Shown here piece after piece: positions 18,333 to 25,973 of a stretch of 64,000 bases of DNA. The translations under genes and the position numbers were made by a program. Numbering within the stretch: the first letter of the stretch is position 1; each line of letters begins with the position of its first letter. The notes beneath the pieces were generated by a model. The model did no database searches, was not told where the DNA came from, and saw nothing but the letters and a program-made list of their open reading frames with translations. This DNA is from a virus. The stretch spans positions 1-64,000 of the IMG/VR virus record IMGVR_UViG_3300008952_000030; one strand, given 5' to 3'.

Positions 18333-19117
18333 GCATCATCCTCGCCAATATGTGCAGTTATCTCTTCCTGTATCATTGCAATAATATTTTTCTCTGTTAT
18401 CTTCATACGCCCTTCGAAACGTTGTCCGCGCGCTGCCATACCTAATCGTAATACCCTACCGGCAGCCTGATTAGCGTTCCATGCTGAATTAATTTCGAAA
18501 TCTCTTTTTGCTTTCTTTCTAGCTGCAGCAGCTGCTTTAATTCCCTCTGGCGAGTGTTTGTACAAGTACGGCACTACTATTCTATGTCTATACGCTAGTT
18601 CGTATGTTTTAAGGCTTAGCTTTATAAAGAAGTACTCGTCGCGCAGCTTGCTGTGTGGCATTGCCTCCTGATAAGCCCTATTAGCTGCAGCTCGATCTCC
18701 GGTGGCTTCAAGCACTGTGTCATGTATGGCAGAGTGTATAGCGTCTATTCCTGCAACCATACCGGCTAGCTCCGATATCTTTGTATCTATCTCTTGCACG
18801 ACATCATGTCCGCGTCCCGAAAAGGCGCCTCTACCGGTAGCTTTGGTGATAGCGTCGAATCCGGCTCTGCCGCCCATCGCCATGGCGCCACTCTCCGGTG
18901 CGTTCCTGCCACCAAGCGGCTCTAGAGGCTGCGCAGCATCAATAACGTCCTGCATAAGCTCTTCTAAGCTCTTGCCCTTTTCCGGCTCTTTTTCTCCAAA
19001 CCCTAACATGCTCTTAATTGAATCCATCCACCCTTCGGTTGTTAGATTCTTCTCTTTAAGCTCTTTTGTGAATTCTTCAAGTATTATGCTTTGCAGCTGC
19101 TTTTTATTAATTTTCAT
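18329..19117 (-). CDS. Hypothetical protein with the IIxEE motif at both termini
   Basis: MKINKKQLQSIILEE at the N-terminus and MKITEKNIIAMIQEE at the C-terminus; ACTAGTTA at 19141-19148. Confidence 0.65.
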   Translation of the reverse strand: MKINKKQLQSIILEEFTKELKEKNLTTEGWMDSIKSMLGFGEKEPEKGKSLEELMQDVIDAAQPLEPLGGRNAPESGAMAMGGRAGFDAITKATGRGAFSGRGHDVVQEIDTKISELAGMVAGIDAIHSAIHDTVLEATGDRAAANRAYQEAMPHSKLRDEYFFIKLSLKTYELAYRHRIVVPYLYKHSPEGIKAAAAARKKAKRDFEINSAWNANQAAGRVLRLGMAARGQRFEGRMKITEKNIIAMIQEEITAHIGEDDA

Positions 19118-19225
19118 GGCGCCTCCCAATAATCGTAATATAACTAGTTTACCTATCCCTTAAATCTCGAAATTTCTCAGCGCTATTGAACGTGTCCTTA
19201 GCGCGCTCAGATGCGCTATAGGCGC

Positions 19226-19264
19226 GGGTGGGACTTATATTCCGGGTACGGGGGGGGAGGGGGG
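19226..19264. other. G-tract cluster (G8-A-G6 plus GGG runs), possible packaging/terminus signal or G-quadruplex
   Basis: gggtggg...gggtacggggggggagggggg at the boundary of two gene classes. Confidence 0.4.
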
Positions 19265-19920
19265 TGTGCCGTTTAAAGGCTCACAGAAAAATGATTTAAA
19301 GCCCTAGCGCTAGGAGAAGCGCAGCGTGTGGATCGCTTGGCTTGCTGGTAGGTGCTGGCTTGCTCTCCTCTACTATAGGGAAAGCTAACCCTTCATCAAC
19401 TGGGTTGATGTCTTCGCTGTCATCGTCTAACATGGATAGAAAGAAATCATTGCGTTCTGAATATTTATCTTTTATTTTTTCTTCCTTGTCTCGGATTCTT
19501 TGCATTGCTTCGCGCATCTTATGTACCCCTATCAATTAAACCAAGCGTAATACACGATAGCGATTAAGCTACCAACGAGCGCGCCATCGATTAGCAAGTT
19601 GAGAGGCGCGCGGGCTGCCTGACGTCTGAAATACGTTTTAACACTGTCGAACATGTTATATCCATTAATACGCGTAATACGCAACGATCCAGTAGAATAG
19701 AATCAAAGGTATCGTACCGATGATAACGGACAGGCTCAACAATTTGATAGCTTGCGCGATGTCTTCGGCGAGCTGCTCAACCTTATCGCTGTCATAGCTT
19801 TGACGCTTCATGATATCCCCCGTTAGAAAGTTAACGCTTAAATTAAGTGTTGTCAAGTGTTATGCGGTGGTGTATAAGGACATTCAGTGACAATCACCAC
19901 AACACTCAACCTTTAAAAAC

Positions 19921-19949
19921 ATTCTACCAATTAAACGGTATAAAGTCAA
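19921..19949 (-). promoter_or_regulatory. sigma70-type promoter
   Basis: TTGACT-17-TAGAAT. Confidence 0.7.
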
Positions 19950-20297
19950 GAATATAATACAACCATAAGCACAAATGCAAAAAAAACATTTAAAGCCTAT
20001 TACGGACTACCACGAATCGATACCATAGGGTTAACCATCACTTTAAAGAGAAGCTAGTGTGAGAACCGCAGCACGCTGAAAGGTGTCATCGTCCTTACAG
20101 GGCTTAAGCGCGTCCTTGATACGTGCTACCGCTGCATAGTCGCGCATGCTGTATGCCATCGTAAGGGAACGCTTGGCGTACTTCCTTTGCTCCCTTGTAA
20201 TAGCGTGAGGTGTAGCGCATCCACATTTAACAGTATAGGGGTTGTTCATGCTGAACCTTTCTTATTTATTGTTCCTGTTCTCTCAACCTCTATACAC

Positions 20298-20327
20298 ACT
20301 ATATCAGAGGCGAACTGCCCTTGTCAA
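20298..20327 (-). promoter_or_regulatory. sigma70-type promoter
   Basis: TTGACA-18-TATAGT upstream of 20043..20249. Confidence 0.7.
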
Positions 20328-20861
20328 GCGGTTTCTTTCACGATTAATATAAAGTCTCATTCTCTCGCGCTTCCTTGTTCGCGCTGCCCTGCTCATATAA
20401 GCATTAGGCATTGCGTTGAGAGGATTCAACGAAGGTTCGCCGGTTGTTCGTTCGCCAGTGTCTCGCATGTTTTAACCCTTCTTTGTTTTCTTCCATACCT
20501 TCGATAAACTCGTTCGCTTCTTGCGTCGACTCATTGCGCGCCCCCTGCATAATATGCGTCGATATCGTTCAACTCGTGTTGAACCTGGCGCAACGTGTTC
20601 TCGACTGCAATCATGGCATCGATTGAGCGCCCGGCGTGTCGGTTGCTGTCGATTAGATAGTCGATGAACTGAGTCAGCTCGAAAGCGGCGTGCATGCGGC
20701 TCGCGGCGTCGTTCGCCGGCGTGTCAATGGTTGTAGCATGCTGGTTAATCATCTTTGATGTCCTTCGTGTCGAGTTCTTCAAGTTGCGTGATGTCCAGCT
20801 CTTCACTGTCATCGACGTCGATCGCGGGGCTCTCATCGTCGTCACCATAGGAACGAATACG

Positions 20862-20890
20862 ACTATAATCATCCTCGCTGAACATGTCAA
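20862..20890 (-). promoter_or_regulatory. sigma70-type promoter
   Basis: TTGACA-17-TATAGT. Confidence 0.7.
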
Positions 20891-21022
20891 ATAAATCCTT
20901 CAAAAGCTCTCTCTCCTCTTGTTATTAAAAATGATGTCTGCCCTACCTCTCAGACATCTTGACGCTGTGCGTCTCCACTTGCGACGGGCGGGACAGTTTG
21001 CCGCAAGAACATCGCGAGCGGT

Positions 21023-21310
21023 TTAGGCTCGCGTTAACTTTGAACCGTTCGCGGCGACGAACTCGGCAACCTTGCCAGAGGTGAACATCTCGGAGACGGT
21101 GGGCAGCTCCTCAGTCTTGAAGGTGATAGGGAACTTCCGAACGCCATAAATCGCGAGGTGCCCGTTCTTGGTGATGCCCAGTCGCACCATGTTCTTCGCT
21201 TGAGCGCGGAGAGCCTTCAGCTCTTCCTGGTGTGCCTCAAGCTCAGCTAGTCGCGAAAGAATAGCATCGTTGTTATTGGTTGCGGTTGCTGCGGTGTTCT
21301 TCTTGGACAT
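21023..21310 (-). CDS. Small conserved-looking protein (coiled coil plus 'GHLAIYGVRKFPITF')
   Basis: Strong SD, own promoter (about 21365-21393, TTGACA-17-TATTAT); resembles a bacterial 'KGalSvYGlgRFPVTL' family of unknown function. Confidence 0.7.
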   Translation of the reverse strand: MSKKNTAATATNNNDAILSRLAELEAHQEELKALRAQAKNMVRLGITKNGHLAIYGVRKFPITFKTEELPTVSEMFTSGKVAEFVAANGSKLTRA

Positions 21311-21452
21311 GATGTCCCCTTCGTGTTGTGGTGCGTTGTCTGCACCGTTCTTGATTGTGCCTCTATAATATCAAGGCGAAATGCGTTTGTCAAGAAAAAA
21401 AATTCGGTTGAAAAAAATCGCGCCGAACTCGCTCCCCTCAACTTGTGAACCC

Positions 21453-21481
21453 ATTATATAAAATAGAATTCAACAAGTCAA
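21453..21481 (-). promoter_or_regulatory. sigma70-type promoter
   Basis: TTGACT-17-TATAAT. Confidence 0.75.
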
Positions 21482-21510
21482 GAGGTTTTTAAAAAAAAGT
21501 TAAAAAAGTT

Positions 21511-21699
21511 TTAAACCTTCGTCATTCTAGCCACGATGTACCCCTTGTAAACGTAGCCGGCGGGACTCTCAACCTCTGCCATCGCGCCGCCATAGTAAAG
21601 ACGACGAATCGTGTATACCGGCTGAGTGTCTCGTTTCCTGTCTACGATACGAGGTGCCCTGTAAAGAACCTTGTCACCGACTCTGATTCGCTCTGTCAT
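21511..21699 (-). CDS. xVGDxV-type small beta-barrel protein
   Basis: RIRVGDKVLY; SD GGGGGGA; promoter 21736-21764. Confidence 0.6.
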   Translation of the reverse strand: MTERIRVGDKVLYRAPRIVDRKRDTQPVYTIRRLYYGGAMAEVESPAGYVYKGYIVARMTKV

Positions 21700-21771
21700 C
21701 GCGTCCCCCCTTTCGTTGGGTTTGTTTGTATATATAATGTAACAAACGGGAGACGGGATGTCAAGCGCTTT

Positions 21772-22029
21772 TTAACCGTCGACGATGTCCGCCCACTGCC
21801 GCGCCTGTCCTACGTGACAAGAGGTTGTCTGTGAATAATAGCTGTACTTGTCCGATCCAGCGGTATAGTCTCGAAGAACCTTACCGAGCTTGCCTGATGT
21901 ATCACCGATACAAAGGTTGTACGAATACAGCTTCTCGCCGTCCGTCCAAAAATTGCCGGTGTGCGAATTCGCTGCAACGCCATGAGCCCAACACCGGGGC
22001 ACTTCTCTGTTTGATACTCTCATTTTCAC
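21772..22029 (-). CDS. Hypothetical phage protein
   Basis: LYSY...IG...YSQTTSCHV pattern typical of small early phage ORFs. Confidence 0.65.
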   Translation of the reverse strand: MKMRVSNREVPRCWAHGVAANSHTGNFWTDGEKLYSYNLCIGDTSGKLGKVLRDYTAGSDKYSYYSQTTSCHVGQARQWADIVDG

Positions 22030-22265
22030 TTACTCCTCTTGATTACTGCGCAGTCCTTAAGGTAGACTGAGCAACTGTATAGGGTGCGGACTGTGCCGCC
22101 GTCAATCACTGCCAACTCTATCGGGTAATTTTCGCGCTCCAGCTCGGTGTCTCGTGGCTCACCAACCGAGGCGACGATACCCATCTTGTCGCGCCACCAG
22201 GACGCAGGACAATCAATTTTCAAATGCACCATGTCACCAGGCGAAAGATTACAACTGCTCATCAT
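22026..22265 (-). CDS. xPGDMV-type small beta-barrel protein
   Basis: LSPGDMVHL...MGIVASV. Confidence 0.55.
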   Translation of the reverse strand: MMSSCNLSPGDMVHLKIDCPASWWRDKMGIVASVGEPRDTELERENYPIELAVIDGGTVRTLYSCSVYLKDCAVIKRSK

Positions 22266-22398
22266 TTTTCCCCCTGTGCTTTACTTTGCGTGTGTAGCGC
22301 TTTTTATCCCTGTGTACCTTGACGCCTCCACCGTGTCGTTTTTGCAGAGCGGTTGCGTACGGGTTACGCACAGGAATCTTTTTTCTAGTGCGACTCAC
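22249..22398 (-). CDS. 49-aa basic ArfA-like peptide MSRTRKKIPVRNPYATALQKRHGGGVKVHRDKKRYTRKVKHRGKNDEQL (not in ORF track)
   Basis: GAGGAG SD, GTG start, directly under promoter 22425-22453; the KKRYTRKVKH tail resembles the ArfA C-terminal motif. Confidence 0.55.
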   Translation of the reverse strand: MSRTRKKIPVRNPYATALQKRHGGGVKVHRDKKRYTRKVKHRGKNDEQL

Positions 22399-22424
22399 TT
22401 GCTTTCTCCTCATCTTGTGTAACC

Positions 22425-22453
22425 ATTATATGATATGATTTTCAAGAAGTCAA
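22425..22453 (-). promoter_or_regulatory. sigma70-type promoter
   Basis: TTGACT-17-TATAAT. Confidence 0.8.
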
Positions 22454-22548
22454 GAAAAAATTAAATTTAGTTCTTTTTTTCTCTCACGATGTATGGGAGA
22501 GCCCACACCAGAGCAACCAAGCCGAGTCCAGCACCGAGGCATGCGCCT

Positions 22549-22803
22549 CTAATCAATATGCTCTTCATCATCGCCAAAAATCTCCTCGTGTGGCGTCTTC
22601 ACCCATCCGTACTCAATAAGAGCCTTCGCGGTTCTACCGTAAGAGCCTTGCAGCCTCCATGCCATGCCGGTATCAACCAAACCCTGAAAGAACTCTATCA
22701 CTTCATCCTCTCTCATCTCTCCGTTCTCATAACGGATGATGTCATCAATATCAGGCATCGTCTTGCTTGCTCCTCTTGTTGTTTCTTTCGTCTCTAATCT
22801 CAT
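22549..22803 (-). CDS. Hypothetical phage protein
   Basis: IIRYENGEM...FQGLVDTGMAWRLQGSYGRTA pattern recalled from phage early genes. Confidence 0.7.
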   Translation of the reverse strand: MRLETKETTRGASKTMPDIDDIIRYENGEMREDEVIEFFQGLVDTGMAWRLQGSYGRTAKALIEYGWVKTPHEEIFGDDEEHID

Positions 22804-22964
22804 TCATTCTCTCAATCACTGCGTCTCGCGATGGAGCGTCAAGCGCTTCTAGAAGCTCATTGCACCTCTTAGTCGACAAATCAACCCAGAGGTTAGCCAA
22901 CCTTCTAACACTCGCTATGCTTGACAATCTCATCCCTTTTCTCCCCTATTCTATTCTACCATTC

Positions 22965-23084
22965 GTTCACAGGCGACTGGGTGCGTTGTCGCCCCACCCA
23001 CACGCGCCGAGAGACACTTAACTCGATGCATGGGGCCGTGCGCGATCGACGTGAGATTCCCTACACCCAGTCGCCTACAGGAAC
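22965..23084 (-). ncRNA. Candidate structured RNA (rod-like, about 120 nt) just 3' of tRNA-Lys
   Basis: Perfect 13-bp inverted repeat 22971-22983/23064-23076 enclosing further nested stems. Confidence 0.5.
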
Positions 23085-23093
23085 ATTTTTTCC

Positions 23094-23166
23094 TGGAGCA
23101 TCCGAGACTCGAACTCGGAACCAGCGGATTAAAAGTCCGATGCGCTGCCAATTGCGCCAATGCTCC
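23094..23166 (-). tRNA. tRNA-Lys (UUU)
   Basis: GGAGCAT...TCGGA CTTTTAA TCCG...GTTCGAGT...ATGCTCCA cloverleaf; no encoded CCA. Confidence 0.93.
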
Positions 23167-23231
23167 GCAAGCTGGCCTTTTATCGTGACATGCCAAGGTC
23201 ACTTGTTATTTGTACCTACTTCTTAGAAGGG

Positions 23232-23318
23232 CTACTTCTTAGAAGGAGGGTTGTTATCTCGACCACCACCACTGGGGTTGCCAGTGGTAGAGGGCCATCC
23301 ACCGTTATTGTTACTCAT
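23232..23318 (-). CDS. 28-aa peptide MSNNNGGWPSTTGNPSGGGRDNNPPSKK (not in ORF track)
   Basis: ATGA overlap with the upstream peptide; GGAG SD. Confidence 0.55.
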   Translation of the reverse strand: MSNNNGGWPSTTGNPSGGGRDNNPPSKK

Positions 23319-23413
23319 GGGAACTCCGGGTAGTCATCATTGTAGTAATGTGTTCCATCGTCCCAGTCTTCCTGCTTTCCAGGCTGGGTGTATACTTTGT
23401 AGTAAAAATTCAT
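23315..23413 (-). CDS. 32-aa peptide MNFYYKVYTQPGKQEDWDDGTHYYNDDYPEFP (not in ORF track)
   Basis: AGGAG SD upstream. Confidence 0.5.
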   Translation of the reverse strand: MNFYYKVYTQPGKQEDWDDGTHYYNDDYPEFP

Positions 23414-23424
23414 ATTTTACATTC

Positions 23425-23655
23425 TCCTGTCGGGCTTACCGACTGTTAAAGTGTGGCTTATTTAAAGACAATCTCCACAAAATGTCTTGCCTTTCTGCAT
23501 CTGGCCAAGACCAGAAAGATGACGACAACAGCGAACGACTATACAAAAGACTCTGCCCTTCGTATATCGCTATCAGTTACACCGCTCGCAAGGACTTTGC
23601 CCTTGTAGGCATACGACGTTTTCCGTTTTCTGACGGCTCCCCTTACTGTTTTCGA
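23425..23655 (-). ncRNA. Candidate structured RNA/leader (about 230 nt)
   Basis: Follows promoter 23670-23698 (TTGACA-17-TAGTAT); at least 5 hairpins, twin GGGCA(A/G)AGTC loops, possible pseudoknot. Confidence 0.45.
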
Positions 23656-23863
23656 TTTTGTATATTATAATACTATCATGAATCGATGGCTTTGTCAAGC
23701 TCTTTCTAGCCTAGAAAACTTGATTTTTTCACCGTGCTCTTTCAAAAGTTTCTTTTTCTTCTTTTCACAAATCGCTTTAATCGCATAAATGTGCTTTTTC
23801 TCTCCATTGGAGATTCTATACGTCAAGTGGTATATCATTTCGTCTTTTCTCACTTCTTCACAT

Positions 23864-23892
23864 ATTATAAGTAATTAAATTTTAGAAGTCAA
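23864..23892 (-). promoter_or_regulatory. sigma70-type promoter
   Basis: TTGACT-17-TATAAT. Confidence 0.75.
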
Positions 23893-24114
23893 GAAGTTTT
23901 TTTCTTTTTTTCATTTTCTCGCTGGATCCAGCTTCGGAACGCCTTCACGCATGAGAGCACCAGTGAGTCTTTTTTCTCTGGTGGGCTACCAATGCCCCAA
24001 GTCTCGTTGAATACTTCTAATTCTTTCTTTGTCAAGGCTTGTTCCACCAATCAGTTAATTTTTGCCCCAGAAACAAGCCTAGTGCTATCGCAAACACAGT
24101 ACCAATAAATTCCA

Positions 24115-24393
24115 TTACTCTACCCTCTTCGTTAGTGGAAACGGTACCAGATTGTCATGGTTCCGCTCCTTATTTTCTGCCATCACCCACTTAATCTCTC
24201 CATCTTCGGTGTGCTCTCCCTTAATCTTTCCCTCGCACGCCAGAACCATAAGCCCCATGAAGATGTCGTTGTGCTCTGGCACCTCAATAGCGCCTGAGCT
24301 ATAGTGGCTCATGAGAGCATGAAGTATCTTTACACCTTGCCCAAGCACATTGCGGCGTAACTGCTTCTCTGTAGGCACCTGTATATCGTACAT
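24115..24393 (-). CDS. Hypothetical protein
   Basis: Start moved to MYDIQV (GGGAG SD). Confidence 0.6.
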   Translation of the reverse strand: MYDIQVPTEKQLRRNVLGQGVKILHALMSHYSSGAIEVPEHNDIFMGLMVLACEGKIKGEHTEDGEIKWVMAENKERNHDNLVPFPLTKRVE

Positions 24394-24394
24394 A

Positions 24395-24604
24395 TCAATT
24401 CTCCCATTCGAAGTCTGATTCTGAATTTCCAACCACCCAAGTCTCGACGGCGCTCTCAAGTGCCTCACTTAGGGCAAACTGCGCATCGGGTGGGAAACAA
24501 CCTGATTTAATCTCGGGGTAGCTTTTAGCGATAACCTCCCAAAAGGCAAACTCAGCGTTCTCCGTAATTTTCTGAAGCTTGTCATAATCTAAATTCTTAT
24601 ACAT
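24395..24604 (-). CDS. Hypothetical phage protein
   Basis: AFWEVIAKSYPEIKSG; GGAGG SD; under promoter 24628-24656. Confidence 0.7.
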   Translation of the reverse strand: MYKNLDYDKLQKITENAEFAFWEVIAKSYPEIKSGCFPPDAQFALSEALESAVETWVVGNSESDFEWEN

Positions 24605-24622
24605 TGTTTTCCTCCAACTCTT

Positions 24623-24659
24623 AAACCATTATAAGATATTAAATTTCAAAAGTCAAGAA
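24623..24659 (-). repeat. 37-bp promoter-containing direct repeat, copy 1
   Basis: Identical to 25233-25269; contains TTGACT-17-TATAAT. Confidence 0.9.
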
Positions 24660-24840
24660 GTTTTTTTCGATTCTTTACCACTTCTAGGTGTTGCGGGCAC
24701 TGTTCGCTATAGCCGCAATTACAGTATATCGTGACTAAGCGCACAGCAGGTAACCCGGTTACGACTGCTGTGTCACAACGCTTGTCGCCGGGATCGCCGG
24801 AGCAACTCACCATTGGTTTAACCAAATCACCGACTTTCAC
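24646..24840 (-). CDS. MKVGDLV cassette miniprotein
   Basis: Starts inside the junction repeat at 24821-24843. Confidence 0.8.
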   Translation of the reverse strand: MKVGDLVKPMVSCSGDPGDKRCDTAVVTGLPAVRLVTIYCNCGYSEQCPQHLEVVKNRKKLLDF

Positions 24841-25021
24841 TGACTCTCCTTAGATATTGCGAGTGGACTGCATTTGAACTAGGCGCTCTTCCATCAAAGA
24901 ATCGGACGACATAACAGTTTTTCTGCGCTGCATTGGCGCTAACAATGCCGATGCGATATTCCTGTCGTAGCGGGTGCGATCGCGGCAGAGTAGGACACCT
25001 TACCAAATCACCGACTTTCAC
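24827..25021 (-). CDS. MKVGDLV...SESR cassette miniprotein
   Basis: GTG start in junction repeat 25002-25024; ends RVSESR. Confidence 0.8.
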   Translation of the reverse strand: MKVGDLVRCPTLPRSHPLRQEYRIGIVSANAAQKNCYVVRFFDGRAPSSNAVHSQYLRRVSESR

Positions 25022-25208
25022 TGATAGTCTCCAATTCATCGAGATACTCCCACAAGGTATTCCCCTGTGGTCTGGGTAGATTCCACTTAACTAACACTTT
25101 CTCCAAATAAAGAAAAGTGTCTCTCTCTATCACCAGTCCTACCAAGGGTGATTCACTCAACTCTTTGTGAGGGAATATCGTATACTTCACCAAGTCACCG
25201 ACTTTCAT
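25008..25208 (-). CDS. MKVGDLV...ISESR cassette miniprotein
   Basis: First gene after promoter repeat copy 2. Confidence 0.8.
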   Translation of the reverse strand: MKVGDLVKYTIFPHKELSESPLVGLVIERDTFLYLEKVLVKWNLPRPQGNTLWEYLDELETISESR

Positions 25209-25232
25209 CTTCTCTTGCTCCCTCAATCATTA

Positions 25233-25269
25233 AAACCATTATAAGATATTAAATTTCAAAAGTCAAGAA
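25233..25269 (-). repeat. 37-bp promoter-containing direct repeat, copy 2
   Basis: Identical to 24623-24659. Confidence 0.9.
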
Positions 25270-25366
25270 AAAATGAAATTTAGTGGTTTTAAGCCTCTCT
25301 TCATCCTATTGCATACTTAGAGACACATCACCCCTCAAACTCCCGTTAGAAGAAGAGCCTGACACG

Positions 25367-25603
25367 TTAGGGGACATCCCTGTCTATGATAATTAGCCAT
25401 TCCTCTCGTGGTTCGCAGTATGCATCGATTTCCTCTACGTACACCAGATGCTTAACTACCCTCGATGGCTTGTGTTTGTTTTTCTCTACCCTGTCGACAC
25501 TGTAGGGGCGTAGAACCTCTCCTCTCATACCCCTGACGTTGTGTCCAAATACGTCGTAGTCTGCTGTGATTTCCACAATCATACCCTTAACGTATTTAAT
25601 CAT
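25367..25603 (-). CDS. Small beta-barrel-like protein
   Basis: KGMIVEI...GMRGEVL...HLVYV pattern. Confidence 0.55.
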   Translation of the reverse strand: MIKYVKGMIVEITADYDVFGHNVRGMRGEVLRPYSVDRVEKNKHKPSRVVKHLVYVEEIDAYCEPREEWLIIIDRDVP

Positions 25604-25809
25604 CGAACCTCTCCGAACGGAAGCCTATCGGCTGGTTTTTCTGTACTGGCTGGTACGTCAACTTTCCCCCTGCCAAGAAGGTACTACCAACAATAATAAG
25701 AGGCATTGCTATCATATTATGGAGCACTATCCTCTTGTTATCCGGCAACCTAGCTACCATCTCTCTCACTTTTGCAATAAGCACAATACACCATCCTCTA
25801 TTTTAAAAA

Positions 25810-25962
25810 GTATGTCAGAAAGCCGGCATCCCTGTCCTCATCGGGAAGCCACCACCAGCCTAATCTAGTTTACTTCGCCCACCCAAGAGCCTTGTGTGGT
25901 TCATTTTGGCGCGGTATAGGCATACGCTCCACTTTTATATAATATTAGACTTTCTGACATAC
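25810..25962 (-). ncRNA. Candidate structured RNA closed by a 13-bp perfect stem
   Basis: gtatgtcagaaag (25810-25822) / ctttctgacatac (25950-25962) with nested stems. Confidence 0.45.
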
Positions 25963-25973
25963 GTGAGTCATTA

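Noticed and set aside
22965-23084. SRP (4.5S) RNA
   Set aside because: No GNRA tetraloop or conserved domain IV internal loop.
22951-23202. 83-aa minus-strand ORF, and the N-terminal extension of ORF 34473..34763
   Set aside because: They run through tRNA genes and are spurious translations.
23425-23655. RNase P RNA
   Set aside because: GGGCAAAGTCC only loosely resembles GAGGAAAGTCC, and the 3' P4 partner motif is absent.
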